Shown here one piece after another: positions 27,966 to 38,489 of a DNA stretch of 47,785 bases. Both the position numbers and the translations under genes were made by a program. The stretch's first letter is position 1. The number at the start of each line of letters is the position of its first letter. This DNA is from a bacterium (GTDB taxonomy: Bacteria > Patescibacteriota > Patescibacteriia > PEXW01), in NCBI GenBank assembly GCA_030689605.1, contig JAUYFT010000001.1, forward strand, positions 1 through 47,785. Reading direction: 5' to 3'. Under the pieces are notes generated by a model. The model saw nothing but the letters and a program-made list of their open reading frames with translations. It ran no database searches and had not been told where the DNA came from.

Positions 27966-28862
27966 ATGGCCAGCACGCTCGACATCCGGCGGCGCATCAA
28001 GTCCGTCGGCAATACCAAGAAGATCACCAAAGCCATGGAACTCGTGGCTGCTTCTAAGATGCGCCGTGCGGTGCAGCAGGCTTTGGCGACACGCGCTTAC
28101 GCCAAGACGGCGTGGGACGTGCTCACCAACGTGAGTGCGGTGACGAACCGTGAGCTCCACCCGTTGCTCATTGAGCGTGAGGTGAAGCGTGTCGCGGTTA
28201 TTGTGGTTAGCTCGGATCGTGGCTTGGCCGGTGGTTTGAACACGAACGTCGTCCGCCAAACCCTCGAAGTCTTGAAAGTGCAGACAGTACCAGTCGATAT
28301 CATCACCGTTGGCACGAAAGCGGCTGATGCGTTGCGCCGCCTCAACGTGAATATCGTTGCAGCTTTCCCGAACGCGCACACCCATCCAACCGTTGCTGAC
28401 CTGCAGCCCGTGGTGAAGATTGCCATCGATGACTACATCACTGGTGTGTACGACAAAATCTTCGTGGTGTACACGGACTTTCGCTCCACACTCGTACAGA
28501 AAGCCTGGAGCCGCCAAGTCCTGCCCATCCGCAAACAGGAGCTCAAAGAAGTGTTGGATGACGTGGATAGTGCAATTAGCATGAAAGAAATTGAAGGCTT
28601 CCAGAACCCCTACCTCTTCGAACCGAATGCCGAAGCCGTGCTGGAGAAGATGCTGCGGAACCTGGTGACGAGCCAGCTGTACCAGGTGGTGCTGGAGTCG
28701 CTCGCGTCCGAGCACGCGGCCCGCATGGTCGCCATGCGCAACGCCACGGACTCGGCCGAAGAGCTCATCGAAGATCTCAATCTCACTTATAACCAAGTGC
28801 GTCAAGCCAGCATTACGCGAGAGATCGCGGAAATATCGGCTGGTAGGGCGGCGTTGGAATAA
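27966..28862 (+). CDS. atpG: ATP synthase F1 subunit gamma
   Basis: KITKAMELVAASK, SDRGLAG, ASEHAARMVAM, RQASITREI. Confidence 0.97.
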   Translation: MASTLDIRRRIKSVGNTKKITKAMELVAASKMRRAVQQALATRAYAKTAWDVLTNVSAVTNRELHPLLIEREVKRVAVIVVSSDRGLAGGLNTNVVRQTLEVLKVQTVPVDIITVGTKAADALRRLNVNIVAAFPNAHTHPTVADLQPVVKIAIDDYITGVYDKIFVVYTDFRSTLVQKAWSRQVLPIRKQELKEVLDDVDSAISMKEIEGFQNPYLFEPNAEAVLEKMLRNLVTSQLYQVVLESLASEHAARMVAMRNATDSAEELIEDLNLTYNQVRQASITREIAEISAGRAALE

Positions 28863-28864
28863 AC

Positions 28865-28922
28865 GGAGTAGAGACTTTAGTCTCTTGTCTATCAACTGTG
28901 AAGAGGCTAAAGCCTCTACTCC
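28865..28922. repeat. REPIN on the 5' side of the RAYT
   Basis: GGAGTAGAGACTTTAGTCTCT...AGAGGCTAAAGCCTCTACTCC. Confidence 0.9.
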
Positions 28923-28931
28923 GCCGGAAAC

Positions 28932-29438
28932 ATGAACCCCTACCACAATCCACCACACCTGTACCTTGATCAATCACTATACTTTGTAAGTGCGAGAACA
29001 TTCGAAGCCCAGCTGTACCTTAAAGATGGTACACGTAAACAATTGTTCGTTAAAAAGTTAAATGATTTGCTGCAAGAGTATCAGTATAAACTTTATGCCT
29101 GGGTTGTGCTTGATAATCATTACCACCTTATCTTTGAGACGAACCAGGGTGCCAAGTTGCCGAAGTTCATGCAAGCATTGCACGGCGGCACCTCTCGCGC
29201 ATTGAACCTTATGGATGGTATCGAAGGCCGGAAGGTATGGTTCAACTACTGGGATCGTTGTTTACGGGATGACGTGGATTTCAATACTCATTGCGATTAC
29301 ATTCATTATAATCCCGTAAAGCATGGTTTTGCAGAACATCCCGAAGATTACCCATTCTCAAGCTATAAAGATTTCTTAAAAAGAAAATATTATGAAATAG
29401 GTTGGGGGTACGCGGAACAAAGAATATTGAAAAATTGA
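28932..29438 (+). mobile_element. REP-associated tyrosine transposase (RAYT, Y1 HUH superfamily)
   Basis: YAWVVLDNHYHLI HUH motif, YWDRCLRD, YIHYNPVKHG catalytic Tyr, YPFSSY; flanked by GTAG REPs. Confidence 0.92.
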
Positions 29439-29439
29439 A

Positions 29440-29535
29440 GGAGTAGAATTCATAGGAGGAGTAGAAGCTTTAGCTTCTTTGTTACATACAGAGGCTGAAG
29501 CCTCTACTCCTAGAGGAATAGAGACTTTAGTCTCT
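29440..29535. repeat. REP cluster on the 3' side of the RAYT
   Basis: REPIN 29458-29510 plus single or partial REPs at 29440 and 29515. Confidence 0.88.
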
Positions 29536-29572
29536 AGTAATAAACCAAAACAAAAATCGTCCATTCCAAAAT

Positions 29573-29603
29573 TAAAAAGCGCCACGAGGTTATCGCAGCG
29601 CTT
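29573..29603 (-). terminator. Terminator hairpin containing the stop codon of the antisense ORF (cassette B)
   Basis: 31 bp identical to 25913-25943. Confidence 0.8.
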
Positions 29604-29787
29604 GGTCACCAACTTTGCCTAATCGATATTTTTGGAAATGACTTAGAATAACCATCGTCAGTAACCAGATACCAAGGACAAAGAACATAAAGCTCCATAA
29701 ACCCTTGTTGAGGTAAATACCAAGCCCACAACAGCAAAGGCTTATGAAAATGAGCGGCAGTGCTTTCAAGAGAACCTCGATTATCAA
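29590..29787 (-). CDS. Small two-TM orphan membrane protein, antisense within the atp operon
   Basis: Two hydrophobic segments; TTGACA-16-GATAAT promoter; start codon uncertain (TTG, no clear RBS). Confidence 0.5.
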   Translation of the reverse strand: MIIEVLLKALPLIFISLCCCGLGIYLNKGLWSFMFFVLGIWLLTMVILSHFQKYRLGKVGDQALR

Positions 29788-29830
29788 TTAGTTTGGTTTA
29801 TGAAGATACATTATCAATAGCTTAAGGTTC

Positions 29831-29895
29831 CTGTCAACTCCCTGAAGGGAAACGTGAGAAGCGAAAGCAATTTCGCTTCTGACCCACCTCTTCAA
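29831..29895 (+). repeat. Conserved structured element upstream of atpD (copy B)
   Basis: AGAAGCGAAA-GCAA-TTTCGCTTCT hairpin; homologous to 26255-26318. Confidence 0.85.
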
Positions 29896-29899
29896 CTAA

Positions 29900-31297
<1,398 letters not shown>

Positions 31298-31308
31298 GAA
31301 TCTTTTCA

Positions 31309-31443
31309 CCCTCATCCGGCCTTCGGCCTCCGGGGCGCTTCCAATGGGTCGCGCCCGCCTAGCGGCCCTTCTCCCAGCGGTAGAAGGGGCAATAAAAAAT
31401 CCTCCTCTCCTCGTAGGAGAGGATGCCCGAAGGGCAGGTGAGG
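31309..31443. repeat. REP-like element (CCCTCATCCGGCCTTCGGCC...CCTTCTCCC...CTCTCC..GGAGAGG...GGTGAGG type)
   Basis: Multiple GC-rich hairpins with terminal CCTCATC/GGTGAGG pairing. Confidence 0.7.
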
Positions 31444-31468
31444 TTTATCAGGCTCGCATCAAATATAT

Positions 31469-31897
31469 ATGTCTTCTCCCAAATCCCTCCACCTCACCAT
31501 CACCACCCCCGAACGCATTGTCCTCGAATCCGAGGTCAGCAGCGTGAACGTGCCCACAGTGGATGGGGAAATTGGTTTACTGCCCGATCATATCCCCCTG
31601 GTTTCGCTCCTCGCCCCAGGTGAGCTCCATGCTGTCACCACAGCAGGGGAAGAGCAAATCATGGCAGTGTCTGGTGGTTTTATAGAAGTCCGAGACAACC
31701 AGGTAGTCATCCTGGCCGACACCGCCGAACACGCCCACGAAATCGACGAACAACGCGCGGAAGAAGCTCGGCAGAAAGCCCAGCAAATCATGACCGAGCG
31801 CGCCACAGACGACGTCGGCTTCGCTGACGCGCAGGCTGCTATGGCCAAGGAGCTGGCGCGGTTGAAGGTTGTTAGAAAGAAACGGAAAAACGTGTAA
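31469..31897 (+). CDS. atpC: ATP synthase F1 subunit epsilon
   Basis: ITTPER, GEIGLLPDHIP, VSGGFIEV, ILADTAE. Confidence 0.96.
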   Translation: MSSPKSLHLTITTPERIVLESEVSSVNVPTVDGEIGLLPDHIPLVSLLAPGELHAVTTAGEEQIMAVSGGFIEVRDNQVVILADTAEHAHEIDEQRAEEARQKAQQIMTERATDDVGFADAQAAMAKELARLKVVRKKRKNV

Positions 31898-31961
31898 TAA
31901 CTATACTATTCGTAGGGAAGCTTTACAAATTCTAGAAGAAATTGTACTCTATTACATAGAT

Positions 31962-32324
31962 ATGCTGTTTAGAAAAAAGCGAAATACTCTCGATAAAGGA
32001 AGCGTACGGTATGTAATTTTTAATGAGGACGGCACTTGGTATGGTGTTGCCCTTGAATTTAATATTGTTGTTGAAGGTGATGATCAGGCAAGTATATATT
32101 TGAATCTTGTTGATGCAGTAAGAGGTTATTTAGCCGCCGCGAGGTCAAGAAAAATTCGACCAACTGTTTTGAATCAGACTGTAAGTCCAGAGTACTTACA
32201 ACTTTGGAGTGATCTTGAAAGTGGGAAAAAAATGCCGACACTCAGGAAATATTCAGAAAAAGAAGACCAGGAAGAAACGCCCGTTCAAGTCGCGACTTAC
32301 GGATTCTTCCCACAACCCGCATAA
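31962..32324 (+). CDS. HicB-like antitoxin
   Basis: WYGVALEFNIVVEGDD...NLVDAVRGYL fold pattern; adjacent to hicA; AT-rich. Confidence 0.6.
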   Translation: MLFRKKRNTLDKGSVRYVIFNEDGTWYGVALEFNIVVEGDDQASIYLNLVDAVRGYLAAARSRKIRPTVLNQTVSPEYLQLWSDLESGKKMPTLRKYSEKEDQEETPVQVATYGFFPQPA

Positions 32325-32327
32325 GCA

Positions 32328-32561
32328 ATGCCGAGAGGCTTGTTTAATTGGAATTTTAGGGACATCACAGACTTTCTTAAGGAGAGAGGTTTTGTGCATG
32401 TAAGAACCGAAGGAAGTCATTATTACTATCAGAGCCATATCGGAGGTCAGCCAAGACAAGTGCATGTACCATTTCACGGCGCGGGGGCAATTAAACCTCG
32501 AACACTAAAAAGTATTATTCTTCAATCTGGAATACCACAGAATGATTGGAAGAATAGGTGA
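32328..32561 (+). CDS. hicA: HicA family toxin
   Basis: FLKERGF..VRTEGSH, VPFHG, TLKSIILQSGI. Confidence 0.88.
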   Translation: MPRGLFNWNFRDITDFLKERGFVHVRTEGSHYYYQSHIGGQPRQVHVPFHGAGAIKPRTLKSIILQSGIPQNDWKNR

Positions 32562-32572
32562 TATAAATGCTT

Positions 32573-33124
32573 ATGACGAAAATCATGAAAGTCACTAGGA
32601 TTGCCAAGAAAAATTTTGATACGAACGATTGGAATTTTCACGTGCTAAAGGTGCGCGAAAATGCATTGGCATTGGCCAAGGCATACAAAGCCAATCGAGA
32701 AGTCGTCTAACTCGCTGCGCTTCTCCACGATGTAGCTCGGGCCAAGAACAAGCACGACGACGAGAACCACCACCTCATCGGCGCGAAGTACGCACAGAAA
32801 CTCCTAACCAGGTTGAAATACTCGCCGAGTACTGTAGCAGCTGTCGTGCACTGCATTGAGGCGCACCGTGGCAACAGAGATTTTCTACCAAGAACCATTG
32901 AAGCTAAAATTTTGGCCAATGCAGACGCCATATCGCACTTTGATATCATGCCGCTGTTCTTCTTCTGGCGGGCGAAGCAAGACTCATTCCCTGGTATCGT
33001 AACTTGGCTTGGAGACAAGTTGAAACGTGACTGGGAGAAGAAGCTTACCTTACCCAAAGCTAAGAAACTAGTTGCAAAGAAGTACGAAGCAATCCAGATG
33101 CTCCTCGCGACGCTCAAGGTGTAG
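32573..33124 (+). pseudogene. HD-domain protein with one in-frame TAA at 32708-32710
   Basis: Single frame reads FHVLKVRENALALAKAYKANREVV*LAALLHDVAR...HHLIGA...AHRG...LANADAISH. Confidence 0.85.
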
Positions 33125-33190
33125 GAAGTACTAAAAATACCATTTTATGCTAGTTTATAGGTAGAGGCTTCGTCTTTATCCCCAATGTAT

Positions 33191-33589
33191 ATGCAAGGAT
33201 TCAACCAGAACATTGAGCAAGCCACGCTCGACAACACCTACTTCCGCAAAGTGCTCTATACGGCCAAGCACAGCCAGCTCGTGCTCATGGCCTTGCAACC
33301 GGGCGAGGAGATTGGCATGGAAGTGCACGCGGACAATGATCAGTTTTTCCGGTTTGAAGCCGGGCAGGGGAAAGTGCTGATTGATGGCAATGAGCATGTT
33401 GTGCAGGATGGATCTGCCGTCATTGTGCCGGCAGGTGCCCAGCACAACGTCATCAACACGTCAGTAACCGAGTCGTTGAAGCTCTACACCCTCTATAGCC
33501 CGGCACACCACAAGGACGGGATTGTACGCACTACGAAGGCCGAAGCAGTTGCCAACGAAGCGGATTTCGACGGACAGACGACGGAGTAA
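33191..33589 (+). CDS. Cupin domain protein
   Basis: FRKVLYT, QLVLM, EEIGMEVH..NDQFFR, VPAGAQHNVIN. Confidence 0.9.
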   Translation: MQGFNQNIEQATLDNTYFRKVLYTAKHSQLVLMALQPGEEIGMEVHADNDQFFRFEAGQGKVLIDGNEHVVQDGSAVIVPAGAQHNVINTSVTESLKLYTLYSPAHHKDGIVRTTKAEAVANEADFDGQTTE

Positions 33590-33684
33590 TTGGCGGAGCT
33601 AAGTCCCTGAACCCTTCTCAGCCTTTTTTCAGAAGGTTATTTTATGCTGCATTTCGTTAGGCTTCGCATTAACGAAATGTGCGT

Positions 33685-34137
33685 ATGAAGAGGAAACGTG
33701 TACTCGCAGCAGTGATAGCAGGCGTTGCCCTGGCCGCAGCCAGCGGCAGTGCAGTGTTCGCCAATGGGTGGGGGTTTGGCATGGGTAGTAATGCCACACC
33801 CGATGAAATCGCCCAGCAGCAGACTGATATGTTCCAGTATAAGGCCGATGTGCTGGGGGTAAAGGTCGATGAGGTGAAGGATGCCTGGGCAAAGGGTCAG
33901 ACTCTGGAAGAGCTGGCAAATGCCAAGGGCATTACCGACGAGCAGCTGCAGGATAAAATGCAGGCTTCCCGGAAGACCAAGATGCAAGCACAGCTGAAGA
34001 CACTCGTTGATAAGGGCGTTATTACCCAAGCGCAAGCCGACCAGCGCTTGAAAGTTATGGAAGACCGCATTGCGTCTGGCGAAGGTCCTGGGAAAGGTAT
34101 GCGCGGGATGGGTATGCACCGGGGAATGGAGCTTTAA
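33685..34137 (+). CDS. Secreted helical hypothetical protein
   Basis: Signal peptide; KGQTLEELA, LVDKGVITQAQAD; Gly/Met-rich tail. Confidence 0.75.
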   Translation: MKRKRVLAAVIAGVALAAASGSAVFANGWGFGMGSNATPDEIAQQQTDMFQYKADVLGVKVDEVKDAWAKGQTLEELANAKGITDEQLQDKMQASRKTKMQAQLKTLVDKGVITQAQADQRLKVMEDRIASGEGPGKGMRGMGMHRGMEL

Positions 34138-34181
34138 CCGCAGCCGATAGTCAAGGAGAACGTACGACGAGGCGCAAGAAG

Positions 34182-34208
34182 AACACCCATTCAACGTGAA
34201 TGGGTGTT
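34182..34208. terminator. Hairpin terminator between convergent genes
   Basis: AACACCCATTCA / TGAATGGGTGTT. Confidence 0.75.
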
Positions 34209-34239
34209 TGCTTTTATAGGGCATTCCTGGAAAGGGATG

Positions 34240-34503
34240 TTACGCCACAGCCTCGAGGAGTGTTGTCCGCTGGCCAGGGAGTACTACCTTAGCAGTGTTC
34301 CGGATGTGTGGCAGATCGCCAATTGCCTTTATTAGAGCAATGTCTTTGACGATGTAGTACCAGTCGATGTGTGGAGAATTCGCGCGTTCGCGAATTTCTT
34401 TCACGTATGCCTCGATGGCATCTGGATCGTCATGGACAATCCCGGCGATGAGTGACCCCTTTTTCCCAATGTGCGAATCCATGTGTGTGTCTTTAATGTT
34501 CAC
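34240..34503 (-). CDS. Hypothetical protein
   Basis: GGAG-aaaaa-GTG start and upstream TTGACA; 87 aa. Confidence 0.6.
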   Translation of the reverse strand: MNIKDTHMDSHIGKKGSLIAGIVHDDPDAIEAYVKEIRERANSPHIDWYYIVKDIALIKAIGDLPHIRNTAKVVLPGQRTTLLEAVA

Positions 34504-34705
34504 TTTTTCTCCAAATATAGTAGATGTTTTTTCTTTTTCGAATGTACATAGTTACAGAACATCTCTATCCTGTCAAGTATTGAGAGATTGGTGTGCCAGG
34601 CTCGCGCAGTTGCGGAACTTCAAGATAAAAGGTATAGTTTAGGCATCGTTTCCTGGGGTATTAGGGGACTACACCACCTTGCATCTCTTTACACTCTTAA
34701 CCGCT

Positions 34706-35251
34706 ATGCCTATGCGCCTACCTACAATCTTGCGCTCTAGCGCCCTACTAATTTTCGCTGTAGCATTTGGCTTCGGCCTGACCGCCTGCAAGTCTGTAAC
34801 CGATAAAGCCGTTGAGCAGGCTGTTGAAAACACAACCGGCGGGGCTGTAGACGTGGATACGAGTCAGAATAAAGTCTCGGTGAACGTGAATGGTACGAGC
34901 TGGGAAACCGGCGACGCCGTAAGCTTACCGGCTAATTTTCCTGATGACATTTACGTTGTCGAAGGTACGTTGAAAGTGGCTATTGCCAATGATGCGGATC
35001 AAGGCTTCACCGTTTCGCTGGAAACGAGCAAATCGGTGAGCGACGCGAAGGCTTTGTACCAAACCGAACTCAAAGCTGACGGCTGGACAATAACTGGAAA
35101 CGTGGATATTCAGGGTTCTTCGTCTGTCATGGCGACGAAAGCGAAGCGTTCAGTGACAGTAGCCATTGGCCAAAATTCAGAAAAGACAGCTACTGTTGTG
35201 AGTATAAATACCTACACCGATACCACACCTGACGCGCCGACAACGAACTAA
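34706..35251 (+). CDS. Hypothetical lipoprotein
   Basis: Lipobox LTAC; LPANFPDDI, YQTELKADGW. Confidence 0.8.
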   Translation: MPMRLPTILRSSALLIFAVAFGFGLTACKSVTDKAVEQAVENTTGGAVDVDTSQNKVSVNVNGTSWETGDAVSLPANFPDDIYVVEGTLKVAIANDADQGFTVSLETSKSVSDAKALYQTELKADGWTITGNVDIQGSSSVMATKAKRSVTVAIGQNSEKTATVVSINTYTDTTPDAPTTN

Positions 35252-35266
35252 TTTTTTACCTGCTTT

Positions 35267-35298
35267 GCAGACTGCCTACTCATGTGGGCAGTTTTGCT
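35267..35298 (+). terminator. Hairpin terminator
   Basis: ACTGCCTAC / GTGGGCAGT stem followed by a T-rich tract. Confidence 0.55.
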
Positions 35299-35387
35299 TT
35301 CCCAGACACGCTCGGGACTTAGATGTATACTGTTTCCATGGGTGACACAACTCCCATCTTCCTCAAGTAAAACCAGTGTGTATGGAC

Positions 35388-36173
35388 ATGCCTGCCCTCA
35401 CCCTAGAACAACGAAAGATAAAGAAGCTCCGACGATTCAATATCATTATGGCCTGTCTGCACTTCGGGCAGGGCGTGATTATGCTATACGCCAGCAGCAG
35501 TTTCAGCCTGCCGGTGACGACGGCGTATGTCGAAATGAATTCCGTAACCCAACTGCTCACCCCGGTGCTCAAGACCATAGCTGACCTGCAAATTGGCCCA
35601 CTCGTTGCGGGGTTCTTTTTCCTTTCGGCATTTGCGCATTTTGCCGTGTCCTGCCTGCCGACCGTCCGCGCCTGGTACGAGGCCAACCTGAAGAAAGGCG
35701 CTAACTATGCGCGCTGGATTGAGTACGCATTCTCCAGTTCACTCATGATAGTCATCGTCGTCATGCTCACGGGCATGGCCGACCTTTCCAGCCTTATCCT
35801 CATCTTCTTCCTGAACATGATGATGATTCTGTTCGGCTGGATTATGGAATTGCACAACCAAACCACCAAGACTACCGACTGGACGTCATTCATCTTCGGG
35901 AGTATTGCCGGCTTCATCCCTTGGCTCATCGTCGCACTCTACCTCTTCAACGCAGGGGGTGAAGGTGCCCGCGCACCGTCTTTCGTGTACTGGATTTTCT
36001 TCTCCATCTTCCTCTGCTTCAACGTTTTTGCTATTAGCATGATCCTGCAATACAAGAAGATTGGGAAGTGGAAAGATTACCTCTACGGCGAGCGCACGTA
36101 TATTATTTTAAGTCTGGTCGCCAAGTCGCTGCTAGCCTGGCAGGTGTTCGCGGGAACCCTGCGGCCGGTCTAG
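35388..36173 (+). CDS. Heliorhodopsin
   Basis: LRRFN..MACLH, SAFAHF, RWIEYAFSSSLM, GERTYIILSLVAKSLLAWQVF with the retinal-binding Lys; start may be 35382. Confidence 0.93.
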   Translation: MPALTLEQRKIKKLRRFNIIMACLHFGQGVIMLYASSSFSLPVTTAYVEMNSVTQLLTPVLKTIADLQIGPLVAGFFFLSAFAHFAVSCLPTVRAWYEANLKKGANYARWIEYAFSSSLMIVIVVMLTGMADLSSLILIFFLNMMMILFGWIMELHNQTTKTTDWTSFIFGSIAGFIPWLIVALYLFNAGGEGARAPSFVYWIFFSIFLCFNVFAISMILQYKKIGKWKDYLYGERTYIILSLVAKSLLAWQVFAGTLRPV

Positions 36174-36188
36174 TCTAATACGTACTCT

Positions 36189-36776
36189 ATGCCCAAGATT
36201 GAACAAGCATTCCCTGACTTCAACCTTGATACCTACCACCCGAACGACGGTAGCCGGAAGGATGTGACGCTAGCTACCTTCAAGGGGAAGTGGCTCGTGG
36301 TGTTTTTCTATCCGGCTGACTTCACGTACGTCTGCCCAACCGAACTTCGCGACATTGCCAGGCAGTACGCGGACATTCAGGCACTTGGTGCAGAGGTTCT
36401 TGCGGTGAGCACAGACACAGTCTACACCCATAAAGCGTGGGTCGAAACCGAGGCGTTACTCAAAGATGTGCGTTTCCCGCTGGCTGCGGATCACGCCGGC
36501 CTCCTTGCCCGGATGCTCGGTATTCTCAATGAAGTTAGCGGCATTGCAGATCGGGGCGTGTATATTGTCGATCCTGATGGTTATCTGCAATCTACAGAAG
36601 TCGTGGCCGAGAACATTGGCCGATCGGCAAGCGAAATAGTTCGGAAGCTCCGGGCTTTGACCTATGTGCGCAATAACCCTGGCCATGCCTGCCCGGTTAG
36701 TTGGGATACCAATGGCAAAGATCTCACGCCAGACCTAAAAATCTCCGGCAAGGTCGGCCAGGCATTAGGAGAGTAG
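36189..36776 (+). CDS. ahpC: 2-Cys peroxiredoxin (AhpC type)
   Basis: FFYPADFTYVCPTE, IGRS, ACPVSW. Confidence 0.92.
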   Translation: MPKIEQAFPDFNLDTYHPNDGSRKDVTLATFKGKWLVVFFYPADFTYVCPTELRDIARQYADIQALGAEVLAVSTDTVYTHKAWVETEALLKDVRFPLAADHAGLLARMLGILNEVSGIADRGVYIVDPDGYLQSTEVVAENIGRSASEIVRKLRALTYVRNNPGHACPVSWDTNGKDLTPDLKISGKVGQALGE

Positions 36777-36792
36777 TTGTACATAACATCCA

Positions 36793-37896
36793 CTACTGCA
36801 GCGTGAATACGGCAATTGTTGGGCGGTTGCCTATACGCATGGGCGGGCCCCAGCTGCCCACGCCAGGGGACGTGTACTCGTTGAATGTACCTTCGGTGTG
36901 CAGACCATCGTGGAAACCCTTGTACACCCACTTGGTTATTGTCCCGAACGGCCAGAGTTGGCCATCGTGCGTGTGACCAGCGAGGAGCAGGTTTACCCCT
37001 GCATTTTTTATCTGACCCACATACTTTGGTTCGTGCCACAGGACGATGCTTGGTTTGGCGGGTTCGAGTTTTTCCAGCAGAGGCGTAACATCCTTGGTGG
37101 TCGTGCCAATGGGGTAGTCAATGCCTAGTACTTGGATGCCTGCAACATCAACGATTTGGTCGCGGAGAATTGTTAGGGGTAAGTTTTTAATCGCCGCGAG
37201 CGACCGTTCAACACCAACATACGTCTCGTGGTTCCCCGTGATGTAGTAAGTCCCATTGGTTGACCGCAGGTCTTGCAGCGGTTCGGCTAGCGCGTTTAAG
37301 TCTCGGCCACCCCCATCAAAGAGATCCCCGGTGATGAATATTGCAGCTGGTTGCTGATCGTTGACTTGCTGCACGACATCCTGCAAAAAAATTTGCCGGT
37401 GTACCGGCCCGAGGTGAATGTCCGAGAGCTGAACAATTTTCTGCCCCCGCCACGCTTCTGGAAGGTTGGGGATGGTAACGCTGAACTGACGCACCACAGG
37501 GTGCCAAGCGTTCCATACTCCGTACGTTGAAACGCCCAGGGCTGCAGCCAGGAGGACGACGGTAACGGCCATCATGGGCACGTTCGCGCTAAAAATTCTA
37601 CCAAGCAACCATGCCCCCCAGGTAAGCGCTGCCGCAATGGATGCATACCAAACGAAACCCAGCCAGACCGAGGAAATGGTGTAGAGCAGGTTGGTGAGGA
37701 ATGCTTCTTTCCAAAAAACCAGTACGGACGTGATGCTGAAACTCACGGAGAGTACGAGGATTATTGTCAGTAAACTCCGACGGGCGCCACCGGCATGAAT
37801 GCCGAAGAATTTTACCCACGTCCCGTAGAGTCCTAGGTGCCCCAGGATGACGATCACCGTCGCCGTGAGAATGAAGAGTATCATGAGTCGATTCAT
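36793..37896 (-). CDS. Membrane metallophosphoesterase (YkuE/YaeI-like)
   Basis: SDIHLG, TGDLFD, GNHE, GHTHDGQ; N-terminal TMs; start at MNRLM. Confidence 0.9.
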   Translation of the reverse strand: MNRLMILFILTATVIVILGHLGLYGTWVKFFGIHAGGARRSLLTIILVLSVSFSITSVLVFWKEAFLTNLLYTISSVWLGFVWYASIAAALTWGAWLLGRIFSANVPMMAVTVVLLAAALGVSTYGVWNAWHPVVRQFSVTIPNLPEAWRGQKIVQLSDIHLGPVHRQIFLQDVVQQVNDQQPAAIFITGDLFDGGGRDLNALAEPLQDLRSTNGTYYITGNHETYVGVERSLAAIKNLPLTILRDQIVDVAGIQVLGIDYPIGTTTKDVTPLLEKLEPAKPSIVLWHEPKYVGQIKNAGVNLLLAGHTHDGQLWPFGTITKWVYKGFHDGLHTEGTFNEYTSPGVGSWGPPMRIGNRPTIAVFTLQ

Positions 37897-37978
37897 GTGT
37901 TCGATGGCAAATATTAGGGTAAAATTAGTATAGCAAGGGAAGTCAGAAAAACACGAATAGAAGTGGTATACTTCTTGT

Positions 37979-38488
37979 ATGCCCGTACAGCCAACTGCCC
38001 CCAAACCCGAACAGGAACCCGTAGATATTTTTGAGGTCGTTGATCGGGTTCCGGAACACGCCCCAGAGGTAAAGCCCGAGAAAGTACGGGAAGCTTTAGA
38101 GCAGCACGGGTCTAGGTTTGAGCAGCACCCCGAAGTTCCGTCCCAGGTGAAAGAGCTGCCCAGCCAAGTCCCACTCGTCACCATGCCCCTGCCAGTGGGC
38201 GCCGAAGAGCAACAGCTTAAGCAGATTGAAACCGTGCTTTCCGAAGGGCTCCACGACATATTCGTTGCCTTGCCACCCGCCGAGCAGCAGAAGTTCAAAG
38301 TAGCAGGGGAGCTAGCCGCTCGCGAAGTGTCTGGTCTCCTGGCGCAGGTTAAGGTGAAGCTAGGTGCAGTCATTGCCGTACTGCGGCGGTGGCTGGGCAC
38401 TCTGCCAGGCGTTAATAAGTTTTTCGTCGAGCAGGAGGCGAAAATTAAGGCCGAGAAGCTCGTCCGGTTAGTAGCGAAAGAAGAATAG
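37979..38488 (+). CDS. Conserved CPR hypothetical protein preceding the DUF87 ATPase
   Basis: IETVLSEGL, WLGTLPGVNKFFVEQEAKIK; 1 nt from the next gene. Confidence 0.8.
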   Translation: MPVQPTAPKPEQEPVDIFEVVDRVPEHAPEVKPEKVREALEQHGSRFEQHPEVPSQVKELPSQVPLVTMPLPVGAEEQQLKQIETVLSEGLHDIFVALPPAEQQKFKVAGELAAREVSGLLAQVKVKLGAVIAVLRRWLGTLPGVNKFFVEQEAKIKAEKLVRLVAKEE

Positions 38489-38489
38489 T

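Noticed and set aside
32708-32710. Stop-codon reassignment
   Set aside because: TAA, TAG and TGA all terminate conserved genes in this window; this is a single isolated case
37897-38400. N-terminal extension of the 535-aa metallophosphoesterase ORF
   Set aside because: It is antisense to the real gene at 37979; divergent TATACT boxes support the 37896 start
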